Origin: Alphaproteobacteria bacterium
GTDB lineage: Bacteria > Pseudomonadota > Alphaproteobacteria > UBA828
DNA: 64,000 bases
Direction: 5' to 3'
Assembly (NCBI GenBank): GCA_963422645.2
Contig: CAXXVO010000008.1
Location: 320,001 to 384,000 of the forward strand
Shown piece by piece: positions 42,346-52,313 of the stretch. Position 1 is the first letter of the stretch, and every line of letters starts with the position of its first letter. The position numbers and the translations under genes are program-made. The notes beneath the pieces are model-generated. The model was not told where the DNA came from. It saw only the letters and a list, made by a program, of their open reading frames with translations, and made no database searches.

Positions 42346-42443
42346 CATTTGTTGCAGCGGAGGTGCCGCCTTCGGATGAGCCGGTCGTGACCGCCGCGGC
42401 CGCCGATGGTTGCAACCGCCGCCGGCGCCGATAGGATGAGCGC

Positions 42444-42704
42444 ATGTCAGTGGCGTTCGACACATTGAGGGCCGCGCGCAAGCTGCGCGACGAAGGCGGC
42501 TTCGACGAAAGGCAGGCCGCGATCCTGGTCGACACCTTCGCCGAGGGCATGACCGAGACCCTCGCCACCAAAGCCGACCTGAAGAGCACCGAAGAGTCGT
42601 TGCGGGGCGAGATGCGCGAACTCGAGCAGCGCATGACCATTCGCCTAGGCGCGATGATGGTGGGCGCCGTGGCGCTCATCGTCGCGCTCATCAAGCTGGT
42701 ATAG
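42444..42704 (+). CDS. DUF1640/CCDC90-like coiled-coil membrane-anchored protein
   Basis: FDTL...KL...GF...QA...LATKADL coiled coil, C-terminal TM helix. Confidence 0.8.
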   Translation: MSVAFDTLRAARKLRDEGGFDERQAAILVDTFAEGMTETLATKADLKSTEESLRGEMRELEQRMTIRLGAMMVGAVALIVALIKLV

Positions 42705-42969
42705 CCGCTCCGCACTCGTCTGGCGGCGAGCCGCAAACCCCATCTGCCGCCTGCGTGGCCCCTGACGCCGCTCATGCTGCCGTCCCGGGGAAGGGCCGTA
42801 CCGGCCTACCGGGTGAAGGTGGCGACGCATGCGCGCATCCATGGCCGCGACGCTCGCCCGCAGGCCGCGCTCCGGTGCACCCAGGTACCTCCGTGCACCG
42901 CGGCAACACCCTGCCTGCGGTGATCGCGTCGATGACTACGAAGCCCTCGCCCCGGCCGCTGGCGCCGGT

Positions 42970-43090
42970 CATCCCCTGCCTCGCTTCGGCCTGCCGATGA
43001 CGGTCTCCACCTGCGCGCGGGAGAGCCGCAACTGTCGCGCGATGGCCGCCGGCTTCACGCCGGCCTCGTAAGCGGCTCGGCGGGCCTGAC
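42970..43090 (-). pseudogene. HTH protein 3' remnant
   Basis: Minus frame reads AAYEAGVKPAAIARQLRLSRAQVETVIG...*; no start found; boundaries approximate. Confidence 0.45.
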
Positions 43091-43410
43091 CTCGCCCGCG
43101 CGGCCGGAATCAAATCGCCCCGCTGTGGGGCGATTTTCGATCCCGTCGGCGCGGCGGAACAGGCCGGTGACGGTCTACGCCGGGTGCGCCCGGTAGCCGC
43201 CTGACCGACTTCGGCAGGACCGGTCGCGATCGCCGACACGGCCACGGCCGCCAGCATGGTTCCAGGCTTCGGCGGCGGTGACAGAATGAACGCCATGACG
43301 GTGGCCTTCCACGCTCTCAGCTCGGCATGGCTGCTGCGGGGGATTTCAGCCGGCCCATTTGAAGCCTCCAGCGTGTCTCGAGTCCGGAAGGTCATTGCTG
43401 TCAGCTACGC

Positions 43411-43438
43411 TTGACGTACATCGTCAATGGGCTATCTT
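43411..43438 (+). promoter_or_regulatory. higBA promoter with palindromic operator
   Basis: TTGACG-TACAT-CGTCAA perfect IR (43411-27) overlapping the -35; TATCTT -10 at 43433-38. Confidence 0.7.
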
Positions 43439-43446
43439 GTCCGCCG

Positions 43447-43734
43447 ATGATCCTCGGCTACAGGGACAGGAAGACGGAGAGATTCGCCGCCGGCCGAGCG
43501 GTCCGGGATTTTCGCGGCTTCGAGCGGCAGGCGTCGAGGCGTCTCGCGATCCTCAACGCGGCGCCGTCGCTCGGCACACTGCGAAACTTGCCCAGCAATC
43601 GGTTGGAGGCCCTTGGGGGAGACCGGAAGGGACAGTATTCCATTCGCGTCAACAGACAGTGGCGCATCTGTTTCGAGTGGCCGGAGGGTCAGCCGGGACC
43701 GAGCAATATCGAGATTGTGGACTATCACTCGTGA
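43447..43734 (+). CDS. higB: HigB-family toxin (RelE/ParE superfamily)
   Basis: MI..YRDR.TE.F, PSNRLEAL.GDRKGQYSIRVNRQWRICF.W, EIVDYH. Confidence 0.92.
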   Translation: MILGYRDRKTERFAAGRAVRDFRGFERQASRRLAILNAAPSLGTLRNLPSNRLEALGGDRKGQYSIRVNRQWRICFEWPEGQPGPSNIEIVDYHS

Positions 43735-43747
43735 GAGGGGGGTTGCC

Positions 43748-44065
43748 GTGCTGAGACGCGCCATTCATCCCGGCCTGATACTGAAGGAAGAGCTGGCGGA
43801 GGCCGGCATCACGCCGACGGAGTTCGCGCGCCAGATCGACGTGCCCGCCAACCGGGTCAGCCAGATCGTCAACGGCAGGCGCTCGATCACCGGCGACACA
43901 GCGCTCCGCTTCGGCCACTGGTTCGGTGTCGAGCCCGAATTCTGGCTCAACCTCCAGGCACACTACGATCTCGTCCACGCCGACAACGCGAGGGGCGACA
44001 CAATCCGCCTTCTGCCGACGCGGGCCGATCTCGCCCCTCGACCCGGGCTGCGGGACGCGGTGTAG
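43748..44065 (+). CDS. higA: HigA-family antitoxin
   Basis: IHPG.IL.EEL, RVSQIVNGRRSITGDTALR, FWLNLQ..YD. Confidence 0.92.
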   Translation: MLRRAIHPGLILKEELAEAGITPTEFARQIDVPANRVSQIVNGRRSITGDTALRFGHWFGVEPEFWLNLQAHYDLVHADNARGDTIRLLPTRADLAPRPGLRDAV

Positions 44066-44109
44066 GCGACTGGCGCCGGACCCCATGGCGCGTATCCCCT
44101 CGCCCGGCG

Positions 44110-47100
44110 TCAGCTTGATGGTGCGGCGGGCGTGGCGCCGAAGAGCGCATCGATGTCATCGCCGGTGAGTGTCAGAGGACCCTGGCCGGTTCCTTCGAAG
44201 AGCGCGTCCGCCAGAGCCTGCTTGCGTTGTTGCATCTTCTGGATTGCGGTCTCCACGGTGTGCTCGGCGATCAGGCGGTGAACGAAGACCGGCTTGTCCT
44301 GGCCGATGCGGTGCGCCTGTCCATGGCTTGCCGTTCCACCGCCGGGTTCCACCACGGATCGCAGAGGATCACGGTGTCGGCTGCGGTCAGGTTGAGGCCC
44401 GTGCCTCCGGCCTTGAGGCTGATCAGGAAGAGCGGCAAGGCTCCCGACTGGAAGTTCGCTATCTGGGTGTCCCGGTCCTTCGTTTCGCCGTGCAGCATCG
44501 CGTACTCCCAGCCGCGGGCCGCGACGTCGGCCTCCACCAGGCGCAGCATCTCGACGAACTGCGAGAAGATCAGCACCTTCCGCTCCTCAGCGACGAGCTC
44601 CTCCAGGAGCGCGAGAAGCCGCGCCCGCTTGGCACTCTCCGTCACCTTGCGCGCCGCCTCCAGCTTGACCAGGCGCGGGTCGCAGCAGACCTGCCGCAGC
44701 TTCAGCAGGGCGTCCAGGATCGCGATGCGCGAAGCATCCAGGCCTCTCCTGGCGATTGCCTCGCGGATCCGCGCATCCATTGCCGCCCTGATGCTCTCGT
44801 AGAGCGCGGCCTGTTCCTCTTCGAGCGGGACGAGCTCGTCGATCACCGTCTTCGCCGGCAGCTCGGCGGCAACCTCCTCCTTGGTGCGCCGCATGAGAAA
44901 GGGTTTGATCCGCCTCGACAGCAGGCGCTGCCTTGCGCCATCGCCCTCCTTCTCGATCGGCGTGCGATAGCCGCTCGCGAAGGCCTTGCGGTTTCCCAGC
45001 AGTCCGGGGATCAGCCAGTCGTACAGCGACCACAACTCCTGCAGATTGTTCTCGATCGGCGTCCCGGTCAGCGCCAGGCGCTGGCGGGTCCGGATTCCCC
45101 GGATGCGCTTGGTGACCCCGGCCGCAGGGTTCTTGACCGTCTGCGCCTCGTCCAGCACGGCGGTGTCGTACTCATAGCGGAACAGCGCCTCGTGATCGCG
45201 ATTGACCAGCGGATAGGTGGTGACCACGAGATGATGGTCAGGGATTGCGCCGAAGTGCCGCAGCCGGCCCGGCCCGTGAAGGACCAGGAGCTTCAGGTCC
45301 GGCGTGAAGCGCGCGGCCTCCCGCCGCCAGTTGCCCACCAGGCTCGTCGGCACCACGAGAAGGCTGGGGCGGTCGGTCTTTACCTCCAGATGCCTGTGCG
45401 CCAGCAGGGCCAGCGTCTGCACGGTCTTGCCGAGCCCCATGTCGTCGGCGAGCACGCCGCCGAAGCCGCACTCCGAGAGCGACTTGAGCCAGCCGTAGCC
45501 TGCGCGCTGATAGGGACGCAACTCGCCGTGCAGCGCGGCGGGCGACGGCACTTCCGGGTTCTCCGCAAGGGAGCAGAGGCGGGCGCCAAGATCGAGCAGC
45601 GCGCGGCTGCCCGTCCACGGCGCGCCGCAGCCCTCCAGCGCCTCGGCCAGCTCGTATAGCCGGCCGGCCTCGGCGCCATGGAAGCCGATCAGCCCCTGCG
45701 TCTCCAGAAACGCCTCGGCAAAGCGCGCAAACCGCGCGCCTTCGAGCGCGAGATACGATCCGTCTTCGAACCGGGCATGGAATATCCGGCCCGCGAGATG
45801 CCTCTCGACGTCGAAGCCTTCCTCCAGCCGCCCCAACCCGTCGACCGGCAGCGTTTCCACAAGCTCGAGGACGATCGGTGCGATGGCGAAGGTGCGGCCG
45901 TTTGCCTCCATCGACAGGCGAAGCGAGAACCACTCGGAGTCCGACGGTTCCAGGGAGGTCGTGAACGCGACCGGCCCCTCGTAGATGCGAAATGGCCATG
46001 TCCCGTCGATCTCGACGCGCCAGCCCTCGGCGCGGAGCGCGGGAACCGCCTGCGCAGCGAAGCCGAGGCCGGCTGCGGCCTCGTCATCGTTTCCGGCCCG
46101 GATCGGGGGGAAGACGATATCGGCATCGCGCACTTCGGAAGGCGGCGAGACGTCGTAGCGCGGCGCGTCCGGATTCCTGCCGTCGTGGCGCATGGCCTCG
46201 TCCACGAAGCGCTGCCGGTACTTTGCCTCCAGCTCGGCATCGCGCCGGATGACCACCAGGCGCTCGCCGTCCCCGGCCTGAAGGTCGCCGGTCTCGCGCG
46301 GACGCAATCTCCGCTCGGCGCCCTCGTAGGCCATCTCCACGCGGGCGCAGGGATAAAGGGCGGAAAGGTCGGTGCCCGGTCCGCTGCGGTCTTCGCCGGG
46401 ACCGTAATGCCTGACGTTCCGCTCGCGGCCATAGAGGATCAGGACAGGTTGGAGCGCCACATCAGTGCGCTCCTCGATCCGGTGCAGCGGGGGCACCGGC
46501 GCGCCTTTGCCCAGGCGCGACAACTTCGAGGCGACCTCGGCGGTCGCGGCGCGCGGCACCGCCGGGGCGGCAGCGAGCCAGGACGCCAACTCCGGCGCCA
46601 GCGCCATTTCCGCGACGCCGCTCTCGCCGGTCTCGGGATCGAGAAAGAAGGGGGTCGGAAACGGCAGCAGCGTCAGAGTGGACCCCGCGGCGTCGCGAAC
46701 CGCGAAGCGCTGCTCGCCGCTCGCGCCGACCTCCCACACCGGCTCGCACCGTCGCGGCGGCGACCAGGAAAGCGCGATGCCGTGGATGTCGTGGGCCCTG
46801 GCGCGGCCCGTCCCGACGATCTCAGCGACGAGTTCGATCAGGACCTCGCCCTCCGGCCAGTCGTAGCTCGGCTGAAAGCCCTCATCGGCGAAGAAGTCGA
46901 GCTTCCCGATCAGCCCGGCGTCCTGCAGGGTCAGGTTCCGCCGCGTCCAGGTCGAGTTCCTGTCGAACTCCCGAAAGTTGCTGCCGATCATGCCGTCCTG
47001 CTTCAGGTACGCCCTGTAGGGCGAGATGCACATGCGGCCCACCGAGTTCCGATGAATGACGTAGAAGAGGTGGTCCCGCCCCGGCGCCGCGGGGCCCGCG

Positions 47101-47495
47101 GCCCGCACCTCTGCGACGGTGCCGCCCTTTGCGGGCCAGCAATCGAGCCAGCGGCGGACTTCGTGCGAAACCGCCTCGCGCGACCTCCCTCCCCGCTCGC
47201 CCGTCCCATCCCACGTCATACCCTCCGCAGCAAGCAGCACCGCCACCACATGCTTGCAATTGAAGCCCACCGGACAAGAGCAATGCCCCTCGAACCAGAA
47301 GCGGTTTCCATCCGACACCAGTTCGGCCGACACCGAGTAGACTTGCGCGCCGCTGCCCGACACCACGCCAAGCATTTCGGAGGGCGTCTCGAACTCGACG
47401 CTCCGCACCATGCCGCGTTCGAAGTAATCCCGCCCCCTCGAGAAATGGGGCTCGCCGATTGCGCGCAGGATATGGCGCGCTGTGATCCTTTCCAA
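44110..47495 (-). pseudogene. SWIM Zn-finger SNF2/DEAD-box helicase with a frameshift near the C-terminus
   Basis: CSCPVGFNCKH; LADDMGLGKT, DEAQ, LTGTPIEN, DPWWNPAVE.QAMDR; the AHRIGQ tail continues in another frame after about 44316 (one base missing; may be a sequencing error). Confidence 0.85.
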
Positions 47496-47569
47496 TCCGA
47501 CCTGTCCTTCCCGCTACAAGGCTCGATGCCCAGCTCGCACCGGGCCCGTGGTCGACAATCCGCTCGATC

Positions 47570-48030
47570 TCCCCGGCGGAGAGGCCAGGACCTCCTCGAA
47601 TGCCGGGGCCTCCCCGAAGATCATGGCCCTGGTGTTGGCGTAGTCGCGGGCGAGGGCGTCAATCATCGCGCTCTTGGGCGCGCCGGCAAGGGTTCCGGGG
47701 ACGGCCGGGGCGAGATCGTAGCCGGGTCGACCGAAGAACATACCGTGCCAATCCGGTTGGCGCGGACAGCCACTACATGTAGGAGAATTCCGCTCATGTC
47801 CATGCTGCCCCACATCCGTCCCTGTGGGTGTGTGTGACTAGCGGATAGGCACGGAACATACGGGCGTGCCGGACGCAGTCGATGCCGAGACCGCGATCCG
47901 CAAGCGCCGCCTTGCCCGCCTCCCGGCGGAGCAGGCAATCCAGGTCGTAGTAGTGGCGCGACACGCGCCGTTCCTCCTGCCGCAAGACCCCGCGCCGTTC
48001 GTGCCAGCGGCGCAGGCCATGAGCGATCGG
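47570..48030 (-). pseudogene. AbiEii/AbiGii-like nucleotidyltransferase 3' remnant, interrupted by a MITE
   Basis: HGLRRWHERRG...SRHYYDL...CVRHARMF|FGRPGYDL...PGT...L.RDY..T.AMIFGEAPAFEE; boundaries approximate. Confidence 0.7.
47744..47853. mobile_element. 110-bp MITE with 8-bp TSD
   Basis: Ends CGTGCCAATCCGGTTG / CGTGCCTATCCGCTAG (revcomp); TSD GAACATAC at 47736-43 and 47854-61; removal restores the reading frame. Confidence 0.85.
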
Positions 48031-48330
48031 CGCAAATGCGAACGCGGGCTCCCGCACCGCGCCCTCCCTGTGCCGCAGCAGCGGAGCGACAAAGGCAGCC
48101 GGGAGCACCGGCCCGGCAGCCGATGCCGCCCCGAGCGCCATCGGCAGCTGCGAGGCCGGCAGGCCCTTCGACAGCACGATCCGCTTCAACGCCGCCCGCG
48201 CGGGCCCGCAGTCCAGACGCGCCAGTGTGTTCAGGACGGCGCGCTGCTCCACAAGGGGCTTCACCGACACCAAACCCGGCGAACCGGCGCCACAGCCGCT
48301 CCAGCGCCGGCACGGCCCCTTCCAGGAAGC
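48030..48330 (-). pseudogene. Fragment of an alpha-helical (HEAT-like) protein
   Basis: PALERLWRRFAGFG.../PLVEQRAVLNTLARL...FVAPLLRH...VREPAF across shifted frames; boundaries approximate. Confidence 0.4.
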
Positions 48331-48548
48331 GCGGTACAACCGCCGCGCAGAGCCGCTCCGCGTTCGCCGGCGTGGCGTGTGTTGATGACGCCTGCCGCGC
48401 GGCAAGGTCAACACGGCGAGGTCAACACGCGGGGCGGGGCAAGCCGGGGCTCCTGTTCCGGAGCACGGTGTCGGCGACTGCGCAAGGTCGCGAAGCTGAA
48501 GCCCTCGAACGCCTGCAGCAGCGCCGCGTACACCCCTTTGGGCTGCGA

Positions 48549-49045
48549 TCAGACGAGCTCTATGTCCGTCGCCTGGGGGCCGCGCGTTCCCTGCTCCACC
48601 ATGACGCTCACGCGCTGGCCTGCCTCCAGGCCGCCGATGCCCGCGCGGTTGAGCATACTGCCGTGCAGGAACACGTCCGGGCCGCCGTCGTCCGGGACCA
48701 CAAAGCCGTAGCTCATGGCGGCGTTGTAGAACTTCACGCCGCCGCGGCACTCCTCGGTAAGCGCGTCCGGCCCCTCGCGGTCGCGCTGGCGTCCCCGACG
48801 CTCACGCCAGCGGTCCTCACGGATTTCACCATCGGCCGAGGCTGTCGAGACATCGACGGTCAGGATCGACGCCACCACCGGACCGCGCCGGCCTTCCGTC
48901 ACCTCGCAGGTGGCCGTCGCGCCCGAAGGCAGCGTGCTGTAGTAGTCCGCGCCTTCGACCGCCGAGACATGGCAGAACACGTCGGGAGAGCCGTCGTCGG
49001 GAACCAGGAACCCGAAGCCTCTCGACGGAACAAACCACTTTACCT
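48549..49045 (-). pseudogene. Two-domain cold shock protein, 5'-truncated by IS-A copy 3
   Basis: VKWFVPSRGFGFLVPDDGSPDVFCH... and GGVKFYNAAMSYGFVVPDDGGPDVFLH; IR begins at 49046. Confidence 0.85.
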
Positions 49046-50359
49046 GTAACTGCCCAGGTCGTCTGATTTGTCATTTTGGGCCAGTGGATTGAGGCGTTTC
49101 TCGTTCGGAGTTGGTGGAAAGGGCTTGACGGGAATTTCGGGAAATGACTCAACAACGACATGAGCAATCCCGAGTCGCCGCGCGGCCCTTCGACGGGAGC
49201 AGCGCCCGAAACGCCCGCGCAGAAGATCGCCCGCCTGGAGGAGGAGAACGCCCGGCTTCGGGAGGAAAATGCCTGGCTTCGGCAGCAGAACGCGCGGCTG
49301 GAAGAGCAAGTCGCGCGTCTCGTCGAGCGCATCGAGGAGTTGGAGCGCCGTCTCGGCCTCAACAGCGGCAACAGCGGCAAGCCGCCTTCGAGCGATGGGC
49401 TGAGGAAGCCGAATTCGAAGCGGCGAACCCGAAGCCTGCGCGGCAAATCGGGCCGCAAGCCCGGTGGCCAGCCCGGCCACAAGGGCAAGACGCTGCGCCG
49501 CGCCGATCACCCGGATCGGGTGAAGGATCACGTCCCGGCTTCCTGCAAGGGATGCGGTTCGCCGCTTTCGGACGCGGCCAGGGCGGGAACGCCCGTCGCC
49601 CGCCAGGTGTTCGATCTGCCCGAGCCGAGCCCCCTGGAGGTGACCGAGCACCGGGCGCATGCCAAGTGCTGCGGGCATTGCGGGACGGTGACCCGGGCGG
49701 CGTTCCCCGACGGGGTGTCGGCGCCGGTGCAGTACGGCCCGCGCATTGCCGGGGTGGCGGTCTACCTTCAGCACGCTCACTTCCTGCCGGAGGATCGGCT
49801 GTCGCAGGTGATGGCCGAGCTCTTCGGCGCGCCGGTGACGGCTGCGACGTTGGCGACGATGAGCGAGAGGGCGGCCGAGCGGCTGCGGGACGCGGCCTTG
49901 CACATACAGGACCTGGCGGCGGGCACGGCGCGGGTGAAACACATGGACGAGACCGGCTTGCGGATCGGCGGTCAGACGCAGTGGCTTCATGTGATCTGCA
50001 CGCCGCTGCTGGCGGCGTACCGGGTCAGCGGCAAGCGCGGCGCCCTGCTCTCGGGTGTCTCCGGCATCGTCGTGCACGATCACTGGAAGCCGTACTTCGC
50101 GATGGAAGGGGTGGAGCACGGCCTGTGCAACGCCCATCACCTGCGGGAGTTGCAGGCGCTGGTGGACATCGAAGGGGAGGCTTGGGCCCGGCGGATGCAG
50201 CAGCTCCTGCGCCGAGCCAATCGCGCCGCCCGCATCGCGCTGGACAAGGATATCGCCGTTCCGGCGAGGCTTGTGGCGCTGATCGAGCGCCGATACGACG
50301 AGATCATCGCCGATGCGCTGGCCTTTCACGAGAGCCAACCACCGTTCTCGCCTGGCAAG
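49046..50359 (+). mobile_element. IS-A copy 3 (left 1314 bp only)
   Basis: Left IR at 49046; identity to IS-A ends at ...CCTGGCAAG (50359). Confidence 0.93.
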
Positions 50360-51424
50360 GTCTACGTCCTCCAGGCGCGCATCGAGGGCCGCACCAGGCG
50401 CATGGTCATCGCCCGCCACGGCGAGATGGACCTCGACGAGGCGCGCCGGCGCGCCCGCGCGCTCATCGCCCGCATCCAGGCGGGCGAGAACCCGGTCGAG
50501 GAGGCGCGCAGGGCCAGGACGGCCCCGGACACCCTCAAGACCTTCGCAGACGAGTACCTGCGGCGCTCTGAGCCGCACTGGAAGCCGTCGGGGCGCAAGA
50601 CCGTGCGCGTCTACCTCAAGGCGCGCATCCTGCCCGCCTTCGGCGCGATGGCGCTCGACGCGATCGCGCCCGCGGACGTCGCCGCGTGGTTCGACGAGGC
50701 CAGCCGCGACTACCCCGGCGCCGCCAACCGCGCCTTCGAGATCCTGCGCGCGATGATGTTCCGCGCCGAGGACTGGGGATGGCGCGCGCGCGACACCAAC
50801 CCCTGCCTCGGCATCCGCAAGAACCCCCGCCGCAAAGTCGCCCGCTTCCTCGACACCGGCGAGCTCGAACGCCTCGGCCGCGCCCTCGATACCCATGAGC
50901 GGCGATGGCCCAACGCCGTCGCCGCCATTCGCCTGCTCGCGCTTACCGGGTGCCGGCGCTCCGAGGTCCTCGACCTGCGCTGGGGTGGTATCGGAGATGA
51001 CGCCATCCGCTTGGCCGATAGCAAGACGGGACCGCGCGACGTGCCGCTCGGCAACGCCGCGCGCAAGCTCATCGACGCGCTCCCCGGCGAGCGCTGTGCC
51101 GATGTCCTGCTGTTCCCGCTCTACGCTCATGGACAGCACCAGGATCTTCTCCGCCTGATCTGGTGCACGGTCTGCGACGATGCCGGGCTCGGCGCACTGC
51201 GGCTCCACGACCTGCGACATACCGTGGCGAGCCACGCCGTGATGTCCGGCGAGAACCTGCCCCTGGTCGGCAAGCTGCTCGGCCATCGCCGGCACCAGAC
51301 CACCGCCGGCTATGCGCACCTCGCCGACGACCATCTGGTCGAGGCCGCCGAGCGTGTCGGCGCCGTCATCGCCGCCGCGATGGCAGACGGTCATGACGCC
51401 CATCGGATCACGGCACGACCATGA
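49160..51424 (+). CDS. In-frame fusion of IS66 transposase N-terminal 400 aa to a tyrosine recombinase/integrase
   Basis: Junction FSPGK|VYVLQARIEG; integrase motifs TGCRRSE, DSKTG, LHDLRH, LGH, TAGYAH. Confidence 0.85.
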   Translation: MSNPESPRGPSTGAAPETPAQKIARLEEENARLREENAWLRQQNARLEEQVARLVERIEELERRLGLNSGNSGKPPSSDGLRKPNSKRRTRSLRGKSGRKPGGQPGHKGKTLRRADHPDRVKDHVPASCKGCGSPLSDAARAGTPVARQVFDLPEPSPLEVTEHRAHAKCCGHCGTVTRAAFPDGVSAPVQYGPRIAGVAVYLQHAHFLPEDRLSQVMAELFGAPVTAATLATMSERAAERLRDAALHIQDLAAGTARVKHMDETGLRIGGQTQWLHVICTPLLAAYRVSGKRGALLSGVSGIVVHDHWKPYFAMEGVEHGLCNAHHLRELQALVDIEGEAWARRMQQLLRRANRAARIALDKDIAVPARLVALIERRYDEIIADALAFHESQPPFSPGKVYVLQARIEGRTRRMVIARHGEMDLDEARRRARALIARIQAGENPVEEARRARTAPDTLKTFADEYLRRSEPHWKPSGRKTVRVYLKARILPAFGAMALDAIAPADVAAWFDEASRDYPGAANRAFEILRAMMFRAEDWGWRARDTNPCLGIRKNPRRKVARFLDTGELERLGRALDTHERRWPNAVAAIRLLALTGCRRSEVLDLRWGGIGDDAIRLADSKTGPRDVPLGNAARKLIDALPGERCADVLLFPLYAHGQHQDLLRLIWCTVCDDAGLGALRLHDLRHTVASHAVMSGENLPLVGKLLGHRRHQTTAGYAHLADDHLVEAAERVGAVIAAAMADGHDAHRITARP

Positions 51425-51854
51425 AGACCTCGCACGACCGACCGTTGTCCATCCGCTCGACGAAACATTGTGTTGTTCTGACTGCTTCCTATAATTGCGA
51501 CTCGAAGCCGCGCGACGGGTCCGGAACCGTCTCAGCAGAAGCGCGGCGAGCGTTGCCGCAAAGGCATCGATCAGGCCAACCGTTTGTGCTTCAACGGGTT
51601 GGGGGCCTGAGCGCTACAGGTGTGACCGATGGCCAGCTTTACGCCATTCGGCGGATTGATCTCACACCCCACGCATCGATGATGCAGGGGCCGTCTTGGC
51701 GGTCAGGAGTGCGCTGGACTACGCTTTGGCCCTCAGCAGCACGCGGATGTATGACGGGAAGGTGTCCCTGTCTCGGGTGACGGCGCAACCGTCTGATATC
51801 GTGCGCCAATTAGGCCATGTGCCCATTGCGTCGCATCGCTCTTTCGCTATCGTG

Positions 51855-52300
51855 CCGGACGCTACTGAACCTGCTCTGGCATCTCGGCTGCCGGTGAAGG
51901 TGTAGCCCGAAACGGTTATCGTCTCATCGGCGTTGGTCGTGACGGTACAAGTCGCCCCAGCAGCACAGGTTGGGCTCCCGGAAAAGCCAAAGCCCCAATC
52001 CTCGGTATCCGCTCCCGCCTCGAAGAGGGTAACACCCGTGTAGTTGTCGACGTCGTCTCCGGTGCCCTCTGTACCTGGGACAGTAACGGTTCCGCCAGAA
52101 GCTCGGGCATTCACCAAGGACTTGGCCGTCACCGCTGGGACTGCTGCCGTAGCGTGGGTGCCCTGCTGCTTGTTGGTGAAGGCGATCACGCGGGCGCGGT
52201 CCGTGTTGGTGGTCGCGTCCCCGTCATCTTCCCAGATGTCGAAGCCCTGGAAGGCACCGAGATCGTCATCAACAGGCAAACCAAGGGGGGCAATGTTCCA
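51855..52300 (-). pseudogene. Internal fragment of a second Asp/Thr/Gly-rich surface protein gene
   Basis: Open frame DDDLGAFQGFDIWEDDGDATT...TCAAGATCTVTTNADETITVSGYTFTG without start or signal peptide; boundaries approximate. Confidence 0.5.
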
Positions 52301-52313
52301 CGCCGAACAACGA

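Noticed and set aside
51425-51850. att site or tRNA next to the integrase
   Set aside because: No tRNA-like sequence or repeated core was found; the region looks like a degraded gene remnant.
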